Shown here: piece after piece, positions 10,344 to 21,054 of the stretch
How positions within the stretch are numbered: position 1 is the first letter of the stretch
How the letters are laid out: each line of letters starts with the position of its first letter
Assembly: GCA_002245135.1 (NCBI GenBank)
Contig: NGBS01000879.1
Span: forward strand, 1-64,000
Direction: 5' to 3'
DNA length: 64,000 nucleotides
Source of the DNA: Proteromonas lacertae
Taxonomy: Eukaryota
The notes under the pieces: model-generated
What the model was told of the DNA's origin: nothing
The model's database searches: none
The model's input: only the letters and a program-made list of their open reading frames with translations
Position numbers and translations under genes: made by a program

Positions 10344-10986
10344 ATTTTATATAATTTTGATAAAAAACGGTTTTTCTAAAATGTCAGGAAAATCAAAACT
10401 GTTTCTTTTTTCTGTTTATAACAACAGTTTCTCGTCAGAATTTCGATTTAGTAAAAAATATAGAATACTGCAGATAATTCTTTAAATATATATTTTTGAT
10501 ACTATTTAAATTCTTTTGAATGATTTTTAACTACACTATATAAATCCATGAATAAATTGATAAATGAAAAAAATAACCAAAAAAAAGTAAGAACGTCATT
10601 CTGTAGCTTGGCCACCACACTATTTAATCACTAAGTCCTAGCTAGGCTACACAGGACACGCTACTTACTTACATAGAAATACATTTCTTATTATATAAAG
10701 TAGCTACCCTGCCGGGGTAGAACAGGTAGCTACTTATCTATTTCTACACATTATTTCTATTATCCTACGCTAAAAACTATTGATAACATAAAAATAAAAT
10801 TTGACCCATAAATAAATTCACACACAAAAATATATACACAATTTTAAATTCACCACTTGCTCCAGTATAACCCGTACCAAAAACTAATTTACACTCAAAT
10901 CGCTTATTCTTACCTGTAGAAGGCACCTAAGAATAGTCTGGTACGGTTTACCCATATACAGTGATATTCTTACGGTTATACATATA

Positions 10987-11885
10987 TGTATATGCACTAT
11001 ATACTTATCTAATAGGTTCTGTTATAAATTGTGAATTAACGGCTGATAATATATGGAGTTATGAAGTGAAATATGATAAAAATGACCTAAAATGTCTAAA
11101 TCGAGACGAATTCGTATTATCATATATAGTTATGTTTGTGCATCACAGGATTCAATGTTATATTTAGCAAAATATGATTTAATACTTGAATATTTGAAAC
11201 AATTTCGTCTGGTTGGCTCTATAACTCTTTGTAGTTTATTCTGTAGTTACTATACTCAATATATTTAGAAAATAATAATATTTAGATAGTAAGAGTAACA
11301 TTAGTTGAAATCGATATAATCACAGGTATATTAACAAAATAAGTTCGATGCTGCCGAATATCATATTAATTCTATTACTGTTTAACATTATTCAATTCAA
11401 AAATAGTATCAAATACAGAAAATTATGACAAACAGTTTGAAATCGGAGAATATAAAAGAATACTATTTTCTTTTCTTATGTTGTCACTTATTTCAATGTA
11501 TTATTAAATAGGAAATCGGACTATATAAAGGTATAATATAATTAATTGTAAAGTTTCAACATATATGTCAAGAATATTACAAATACTATAAGTAGTTCGC
11601 TCAAGATGTTATTTCCTAATACACTATGCTGCAATGGGACAAGCATAAAAATAATATTCGTTGATAATAAAACTAAATTAACTTTACACAGAAATCTATC
11701 ATTCGAAAAGGAAGAACTACAAATAAGAATTATAGAAAGTAGATTTTTCTTGTTGAATATTAAATAATTTATTTATTATTTATGTTGTTATTATTATAGT
11801 TAAAATAACACATGCTACAAATATTTATGAATGGGATAGAATGAAAAATGAAATGAACAATATTTTCGCTTGTATTTAGTAGCTA
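10987..11885 (+). repeat. Left long inverted repeat (899 bp)
   Basis: TGTATATGCACTATATAC...TTGTATTTAGTAGCTA; matches 14085-14983 in reverse. Confidence 0.95.
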
Positions 11886-11997
11886 TAAATTTTTATAATA
11901 TAATAACCGTTGCAAAAATCATTAGTCATTTTTATAGAATATATATGTATATATAATAATTATTTTATTATAATGGTATGTTTCTAATGTAGTTTTT

Positions 11998-13968
11998 ATG
12001 AATAAATTGATAATTGATAATGGCGAGGTAGATTTACCTACATTTTCAACAGCTGAGAAGAAGTATTCAATTCTGGACGGCAGAAGTAAAAGACTTAAAG
12101 ATATAGCAAAAAAATATCCTCCCATAGAATCGTTTGAAGAAATTAATGATAATATATTTCAGCTCAGGTTCAAAAACATGGAGATTTTCTATTTTGTAGT
12201 GCATATATACAGCCGTCAAAGAAATTTCAAAGTCAGAGTTCACTATAATGTTAACGAATTAGCGTTCTACTGCAAAGAAGCTGGATGTAGTTTTACAGTT
12301 AAATATAAACTAACAGGATGTAGCTATAGGTTAAGTCATAATCATGAAGTAAGAAAAGATGAGAGTTTAAAAATGATAGAAACAATGACAAGCGAAATAA
12401 AAAATGACGTTAATATATTAGTAAATAACAGCGCTTTAAAGGTACCTAATATAATCAAAATCATAGAAATGAAATATATAATATCGAAAGAAGTCAAACA
12501 ACAAATAAAAAATCAAATAATTACAGAAAAAAAGAATCTAAAAGATATAATTGATGGTAAATACAAATTTTTTAAAATGATAATCAATAATTATAAATAC
12601 TATAAAAGTAAATCAGTAATGTTGGTTATAATGGATGAAAAACATTTAAAGAAGTACACAACGCTTTTAGCTGATGGAACATTTAACTGTTTGCTTGGAA
12701 AAGAGCAGCTTTATTTGGTTTATTGTGCTGTATCACCTAAACTAATATTGTTAGTTGCTTATGCAATTATGACTACAAGAAATAAAGAAGATTATCTGTT
12801 TATATATGGCCATTTACAGAAGTATTGCAACATAATAAACGTTGTGCATGACAAAGAAAAAGCTGTTGTCAGCGTCTTAAGAAGCTTAGGTATAAACTTC
12901 GTGTTTGATACTTATCATTTATTTCTGTATTTGAAAGAAACAGAGTTAAAAAGAATAATATACAAGTATATAAAAGCTCCTAGTTTAAGCGAAAAACAAA
13001 AAATTGTAGATGAAGCCGATGATAAATATAAAGTATATTTTACTAAAGAAGGAATAAAGCAGTATGGAATATATGGGATTCATTCAACAGGAAATGTAGA
13101 ATTTAATAATTATAAAATAAAAAAAGAATTATATAATAAAAGAGTGAGATTTGATGGATTATTAGAAGTTTTACAAAACTTATATAAAGAAGAAATTGAT
13201 GAAATAAACAACCAAATACAAGAAAAAGAATGTTTATATTATTCATCAATTCTATGGAAAGAATGCAGTTCAAATTTGTATAATCAATTGCAGCTGTTGT
13301 CTGAAAACTACTATACTGCATATAAAGAAGATGAAAACAGCTATGTGGTGAATAACTAATTTTATATATCAAGGAACGATTCTACTCTTATTTGTTCATG
13401 TGGCTATCAAGAAGTATGCGGTGTTCCTTGCGATCACATTCTATATGCTAGAATAAGATGTAATATTAATGTTTGTATAAGTGAAATGATATCCAACGAG
13501 TGCTTCAAAGATTATTTTAATAGTCAAACTAATATTACAAATTATAATGGTCGTTTAGAATATCCAGAAGATATAAATGAAATTATTGATAAAGAAAGTC
13601 AAAATTATAATAGTACTGTTAATGAGGGTAATAATGAAAATGATATATCAAGATATTGTGAGAGTAATAGTTTGATTATTTCAGAAAGCGAAATTAATAT
13701 GACATGTCAAAGTATTAAACAATGTTTTAATGTCAATATGATCAATGAAATTGATCAATACTGTATTACAGGTATATATGATGAATTAACTTCATTAATG
13801 TATGATAGAATAAACAAACATGATTTTTGTTTATTTATTAATAATAATTATAATAATATTTCATTTGACGGACAGTTAATTATTATCACTCTTATTTATT
13901 TATTAAATAAAAAGATAGATAACTTTGATAACGTATTATTATTTATAGATAATAATATTAACAAATAA
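11998..13968 (+). CDS. MULE DDE transposase with N-terminal WRKY/FLYWCH-like finger and SWIM finger; one in-frame TAA at 13357-13359
   Basis: C-x4-C...HNH finger; ADGTF, VVHDKEKA, DTYH and STGNVEFNN catalytic motifs. After the TAA the same frame reads CSCGYQEVCGVPCDH (SWIM) and runs on into ORF 13486-13968. Confidence 0.88.
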
Positions 13969-14084
13969 TTCTTTTAATTACTTAATTATATATAATATTT
14001 ATATTTTGTGTTTATTATTTATTTATTTATGCTGACAATTACTTTAATTATTGATTGATAAAAAAAATAAGATATAAAAATTTT

Positions 14085-14983
14085 TAGCTACTAAATACAA
14101 GCGAAAATATTGTTCATTTCATTTTTCATTCTATCCCATTCATAAATATTTGTAGCATGTGTTATTTTAACTATAATAATAACAACATAAATAATAAATA
14201 AATTATTTAATATTCAACAAGAAAAATCTACTTTCTATAATTCTTATTTGTAGTTCTTCCTTTTCGAATGATAGATTTCTGTGTAAAATTAATTTAGTTT
14301 TATTATCAACGAATATTATTTTTATGCTTGTCCCATTGCAGCATAGTGTATTAGGAAATAACATCTTGAGCGAACTACTTATAGTATTTGTAATATTCTT
14401 GACATATATGTTGAAACTTTACAATTAATTATATTATACCTTTATATAGTCCGATTTCCTATTTAATAATACATTGAAATAAGTGACAACATAAGAAAAG
14501 AAAATAGTATTCTTTTATATTCTCCGATTTCAAACTGTTTGTCATAATTTTCTGTATTTGATACTATTTTTGAATTGAATAATGTTAAACAGTAATAGAA
14601 TTAATATGATATTCGGCAGCATCGAACTTATTTTGTTAATATACCTGTGATTATATCGATTTCAACTAATGTTACTCTTACTATCTAAATATTATTATTT
14701 TCTAAATATATTGAGTATAGTAACTACAGAATAAACTACAAAGAGTTATAGAGCCAACCAGACGAAATTGTTTCAAATATTCAAGTATTAAATCATATTT
14801 TGCTAAATATAACATTGAATCCTGTGATGCACAAACATAACTATATATGATAATACGAATTCGTCTCGATTTAGACATTTTAGGTCATTTTTATCATATT
14901 TCACTTCATAACTCCATATATTATCAGCCGTTAATTCACAATTTATAACAGAACCTATTAGATAAGTATATAGTGCATATACA
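14085..14983 (-). repeat. Right long inverted repeat (899 bp)
   Basis: TAGCTACTAAATACAA...GTATATAGTGCATATACA. Confidence 0.95.
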
Positions 14984-15324
14984 ATGCGTAGGCTCAAAAA
15001 ATAAAAATCAAGATAGTTTGTCAAATCAAAAGCTTGTGTTAAGAAATTTATTTTGCTTTTTTCTCATCCATTATCAGCTTAATAACAAAATAAACTGGAG
15101 ATCCTAAGTGCAGTGATAATGCATAACTGATTTATGCACATAAAAGCGAAATGCAAAAATAGAGATTAATTATGTTTTCAATTAGAAATAAGAAAGCTTC
15201 AATTTTTTTAGAATAGATTAGTTATATGTTTTTGACCTAATTAAGTTTAATATCGAAGTTTAGAAACTATCAGACTAGCTAAAAAAAAGTAAGGCTCAAA
15301 ATTTGAACCTAAGGCTGAAAATAC

Positions 15325-16480
15325 AAATTCTCCATTGATTGATAATTGTTTCTGATAAATTTCTTCTAATGTTTTTAGAATTACATCATGTCTGGATCTT
15401 CTTCTTTTTAGCATATGTTTAATTAGGGAATTTACTCCTTCAACAGCACTTGTTGAATGTGAACCAAATATTCCAAATGATGATTATCCATCCTTTTCAA
15501 AATACCTTTTTTGATCATCATTTAAATTATTTATTATACCATTTCTTAGTTCTGGATACTTCATATATTTGTATAGTAAATCCTTAATTTCCTTAGATTT
15601 GACATAAATGAACATGTGGTATATATCATAGACGAAAGTTAAACCCTGTTCTTTTAATACACTAAAAACTGCTGACTCTTTGTCATGTATCACAAATCTG
15701 ATATTTTTATTGCTATTCAGTTTTTCATAAATGAATCTATAGGTATTCTTATCTTTATTTTTTGTAATAGAAAAAGATACAAGAAGAATCATTGATGGTG
15801 AAACTTGTACGTATGTTAAGTATAACTGAAATTGTATTATATTTCTCCAATCTAATTTTATCTAATATCACAACAATTGTATTTTTATTTTCATAGAATT
15901 GGTATTTTTCTTTAACTTGATCAAGGAATTTGTAGAATCCGTCATTATCATCACGAGCATGTTTTCGTATATTAATGATTTTGTTTGTAATAGCTTTTTC
16001 AACACTTTTAGAAATATTAAATGACTCTTTAATTACTTTAATAATTTCAGGAGTAGAGTTGCTAGTATATGAAACCATTGACTCTACAAAATCCAATATA
16101 TTACTATTTAATGTAGTAATTATATTACTATTTGATATTCTATGAATAGTATGACTATGAGGAATAAAAGATGTCTTTACAATGTTTAATTTTCTATCAT
16201 AATAAGCTGAAGCTACACACTTGCATCCTTCATGCAGACATTTGAAAGTAACCTTCATATTATCATGGCTTGAGTAATCTACATATAGTTTACAGTTTGT
16301 TTGTAAGATATAGATGTTTATAACATAATAAAAATCATCTACACTTGAGAATTTGTAATGAAATATATCTTCCATCAACAACTGAATGACTAGTATTGCT
16401 AATAGGTATAACAACAGTTTCGTCTTGTATAGTAATGAAAAACATAATGAAAATGTAAGTAAAATAGTCGTTATAGACAT
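15325..16480 (-). pseudogene. Decayed second MULE transposase, paralogue of 11998-13968
   Basis: CLHEGC...HSH; VIHDKESAVFSVL; YDIYH; after a stop, GIFGSHSTSAVEGVN. A deletion/frameshift near 15830 removes the ADGTF catalytic Asp region. Confidence 0.85.
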
Positions 16481-16939
16481 GTAATTGACATATTTACAGA
16501 GAGTTTATTACCTCAAGCCTAAAAATATTACTTCAAACCCATTTTCAAACAAAAAATATATTCGTTTAATAATCTAAGGTTTTTATTTAGCTTGACAAAT
16601 ATGAGGTAAGAATGAATAAAATTGTATTACTTTCACTTAATTAGCAACATACTTATATACATGTTTTATTCACATTCTAACATTGTATTTGGTTTAATGA
16701 AAATTATTTATAAAGTTTAGTATGTGATTTTTATTATTTCTTATTCTTTAAAAATGATTTGAATACAAGAACTTGTAATTAGGCAATACACTAGGAAAAC
16801 ATATATAATTTGTACAAAACAACTTTACAGAGAAATATATTTAAACAAATACATTTTCTAATAGCTTAACAAATGATTTATTATTTTCTATACTTTAAAC
16901 AAAAAAATGAAATAACTCAAACCGAATATTATTATTTCA

Positions 16940-17320
16940 ATCTTTTAATTTCTTCAGCTTTGAATTTTTCATCTTTAGCAACCTATCTTTCAATTTCTTA
17001 ACTGGAATTGCAGTCATTACACAACCAGTTGTTTCTAATCAATATCAGTATCATTTATAAATTCATTTCTTACTACTTTTCTATTTCTATTGCATAATCC
17101 AATAACAATTCATCTAATTTTCCTCCTTATCAGCACCAGTTAAAAGAGCAGCTTGTACTGTTGCACCATAAGCAACAGCTTCATCTGGGTTAATGATTTG
17201 CTACACTAAATATTATTTCTCTTATCAAATGGCAATTCAATGGTTATTACTTGATATTTGAATAGAATCGTTCCTATTGTTTCACCTTCAGTAATAACTT
17301 GAAAATGGATGATTAAAACA
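16940..17320 (-). pseudogene. Hsp70 pseudogene fragments
   Basis: Minus-strand INPDEAVAYGATVQAALLTG (~17130-17194), then ETTGCVMT (cf. ETAGGVMT) and EIER*VAKDEKFKAEE (cf. EIERMV..AEKFKAED), in native order but with large deletions. Confidence 0.85.
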
Positions 17321-19179
17321 ATATAATCTATAGCTTTACTTAATTTTTTGGTTCTGGTGTATTCATTATTGCAACATAGTAATATTGTGTTGATCTTACT
17401 GGATTATACCATTCTTCTCTCCCCATTATCCATGCTTTAACACCATATAATACATTTTACGAATAGTATATTTACTTCCTTCTAAATCTAATAGAAATTG
17501 GAATAATTCAGATTTCTCTTCTTCTTATTTAACTTAGTCTTATTAATCTTTTGATGTATCAACGAACTAATTAACATTAAACACTATCTATAAATGCATA
17601 AATTATACAATTCGATAATTTTGATAAATACCAGTTTTTGCATCTATGTATTAATTATACAATGAAATTGAATATCTGTACAATGGTAATCCTTTTGATC
17701 TTCTTTACTATCTTCCATTATAACAGTCCATCTATTAATACCTATAGTTCTTCGAAATCACAATTATCTAATTGAAATAAAACAAATCAGAAAAAATACT
17801 TAATATCATGACTGGTGTAGTAAAGCTTTTAAAATCTTCTATTAAAAATAAATTCATGAAGATGTCATTTACCATGTCAGATTTACAAAACATATAAAGA
17901 AGTAAATATAGAAGAAATATAAAGATGATAGTAAGATAGATATTCATAATTTAGATATCCACTACCCAGACATTCTTTTCGAAAAATTGTTGATAATATT
18001 GGACATATTCATATTTTTAATGATTATGTTAAATTTTGTTTGATATAATTTAAAATATTTAAATGCAGTTTATAATAATCAATATATAATTCTTTATGAT
18101 TATATTAAATTACAATCAAAACCATGTGGTATTTGACTTCATTCACATTTTTGATCAACTTTAGTTATTCTACTTACACTATATCCTATTCTTCTCAGTT
18201 TCAAGCAAATGAATGAGCGAATTTAAATATTCACAAATATTCTTCTTTTGATGAATGTTTTGTTGGAACCAACATAATTCAGAAGATTGTCTTAAACATG
18301 GATTTCTTCCTTTTACGCTATAAATTTCATTATCTGATTCGTCAATCATTCTTTCACATTGCTTTCATAGGTATTTATTCTATGCTTACACTGATTTCTC
18401 TTTATTTATTGCAAACGCTATTTATATATAAATAAAATATACCATCAAACTACTTAGATACACTAAAATACAAATTAGTAAAATTATCATTAATAGCAAT
18501 TCCACAACCACTTTTCTTAAAATCCACCTTGAAGTAGTATTAATTGGAGCCCATTCTATTCCTACTGTAAAAATATATTTATTATATACAAAATTATGTT
18601 GATATCTATAGGACATAACCTAATAAACTTGAAAATAAATTTTTCAATGTATTTAAATGAATATACACATAATACACATATTAACCATATTCGGTGATAA
18701 GAACTGAAACAACGACGTAATTCCTTATTATTTCTACATAATATAGGGTAAAATAGATATAATAACAGTTGTTTACCTTTAGCCCCATCTATTTGAAGAT
18801 AAATCCGACAGTAAAGATGGTAAAATAATGAAAGAAAGTAAAAATGAGGAGAGTAACAACTAGATGTAACAACTCCAGAGATAAAATTGCAGGAAGCCAA
18901 AATATTTATAAAAGATAACGCTGATAGCTCAGATAAGGTTATTGTTGTAGCATTAAAAGAAAATGACCGAAAATATTAAAATAAAGAAATTATTCCTATT
19001 GTAGCGTAACGTCATAAGACCAATGTACTTGTTAAAGTGATAATTGAGACTTGTTTATTGAATGGAAAAGAAATAAAAATAGTATTGAGATTATGTGGTG
19101 ATGTAGAAGTTAACTCTGTTTTAAACATACAAAGGTTTCTAAAATAGGTGATTTAATAAAGTAAAAGTTACACAAAGTT

Positions 19180-19460
19180 AAAGAAGTAGCTGTACAATAT
19201 ATGAAAAGATTAGTAGAAGATTATGGAGGTAACTTCACTATAGATGTAAGAAATGCTTTAGAAAGCAAATTATCAAAGCATGATTCCAAAACCTGAAGTA
19301 AATCATTCCAAATTCTTAACTTGTCTCAATGACTGGTAGTTTTATAGATGTATTAGTAAAAGAAGGTAAAGTAGTAGAAGAAGGTGCAAATTTAGCTATA
19401 GTAGAAGCTATGCAAACTGAGAAAAAAAGACACATTGATGTTATTATGGATTTTTGATTT
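19180..19460 (+). pseudogene. Biotin-carboxyl-carrier C-terminal fragment, propionyl-CoA carboxylase alpha-like
   Basis: PKPEVNHSKFL...IDVLVKEGKVVEEGANLAIVEAMQTE...VIMDF (EAMK motif changed to EAMQ), with frameshifts. Confidence 0.7.
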
Positions 19461-20173
19461 GATTTTTAAGACAAAGGTTAAATTATCATTGAGTAACAAA
19501 TAAATATACATCTATTAGTGTTTTGTATGTTTATAATTAGAAATATTTACAAATATGTTTGATAAAAGTATAAATAGGTATATATAAATATTATGTGTTA
19601 CACATGTGTATTATTTTATTATGCATATAAATCAATTATAAATAATTAAGTAAATAGCTAGATTACGAAAATTAGACTAATATAATTAAATAAATAAGTT
19701 TAATAATCATCATATACACATAATATATTATTATATTGAGCCCTTACTTCCTATAGGAGGCAGGTGCTCAAAAAATAAAAATTGAAAAAATGATCAAACT
19801 TATGTTTGTGCCGATTCTTGTTATTTTTTGAGCACTCTCGTTCAATAAGCATAATATATAAATAAAAATTGGAGATCCAAGATGCAGTTATTATGCTCTA
19901 TAGTCTGGACCATGAGGTGCTCAAATTTTAAAAATAATGTCATAATGTGTGAATTGAAAGTTAACGAAATACAAAGATAAGTTCAGAAACGCTTAGTTTT
20001 ATGATAATAGTAAGATAAATATGAGTATTGAGGTTGAAACACCTCTAGAAATAGGGTATCCAAATTTTGAGTGGGCAATCAAAACACAAGATCCCTTAGT
20101 AGCTAAATATTTTTATAACATAATAAATAACCGTTACAAAAATCATTAGTCATTTTTAATAGAATATATATGT

Positions 20174-20774
20174 TGTTGTGCGCCGTTGAGCGTTAAGAAG
20201 ACTTTTTTCAATTCTAAAATGATAGTGTGTGGTTTGATGGCGAGTTATGTGCAAATATAATCTTACTTTGTCATATAAACTACATCTGCGATATATATTT
20301 TTTTAAACTTCATCCTAACATATTGAAAACAATTATAATTTAATTTTTAATTTTTTTGCTTCAATCACTACTAGAGTTAAAAATACATTAGTTTAAGCAA
20401 ATCAATCACACATATTTAGATGTTAAGACACTTAAAAACGAATAAATAAATAATCTATTCAAGCCTCATTCAAGCCTGTTTTTTCAAAATAAATTTTAAG
20501 CAGGTAAATGCAATAATTAGGTATTCCTTTTCTATTTAAAACCTTTATCCCGATGTCTACTATTGTTATAAGCATTTAAAATAATATAAAAATAAAAAGT
20601 GTTTCCAGTAGAGGAACCTAAACACGACTATATGATATTAGGCAAACGTAACTATTTTGGAAAACAAAGTGTTGATTAGTAATATTGAAGGGCCAGAGGT
20701 TACATTTATGATATTAGAATTGAAAAAAGTCTTCTTAACGCTCAACGGCGCATTCAGCTCAACGGCGCACAACA
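20174..20774. mobile_element. MITE (~600 bp) with ~44-bp terminal inverted repeats
   Basis: TGTTGTGCGCCGTTGAGCGTTAAGAAGACTTTTTTCAATTCTAA (20174-20217) mirrored at 20714-20774; the right TIR has an internal duplication of GCTCAACGGCGCA. Confidence 0.85.
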
Positions 20775-21054
20775 GTAGGTAATACTTAATATTAAGCTTA
20801 TTTAATGTTATTGCAGAATATTTTAATTAAAAAAACAGAAACTTAAACTCAAAAATATAGGACAAAAAAGGACGTGTTAAACTACACGTACAGGGACAAA
20901 GAGGAAATGTGTAATCAACGAGAAGTTTTCGTGTATGAAAAGGACAAGGGACGGGACAAAACACAAAAGGAAGTCCCGTTGACAAACTCTTGTAAAAAGA
21001 TAATAAACAACAAATAATCAATAATATTATGAATTATTAGATTAATATCATCAT

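Larger units (their letters stand above)
1..10400. mobile_element. Endogenous Polinton/Maverick-like virus (PLV), morphogenesis module; left part outside the window, right terminus not resolved (~10.4-10.95 kb)
   Basis: Intronless, tightly packed ORFs in an otherwise intron-rich genome. Adenain-like protease, candidate penton and major capsid protein, A32-like ATPase and Arg/Gly-rich core protein together form the virion gene set of Polintons, PLVs and virophages. Confidence 0.88.
10987..14983 (+). mobile_element. Mutator/MULE DNA transposon with ~900-bp inverted repeats (Foldback-like)
   Basis: 10987-11885 is the reverse complement of 14085-14983 (one mismatch noticed by eye); the repeats enclose a MULE transposase. 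Confidence 0.88.

Noticed and set aside
13357..13359. Reassigned stop codon (TAA as Gln)
   Set aside because: TAA and TAG end many genes here, and other ORF breaks are explained by introns or indels.
10961..15024. Two nearly identical small ORFs (10961-11167 + and 14803-15024 -)
   Set aside because: They are the two arms of the inverted repeat; their starts lie outside the repeat and no protein motif is evident.
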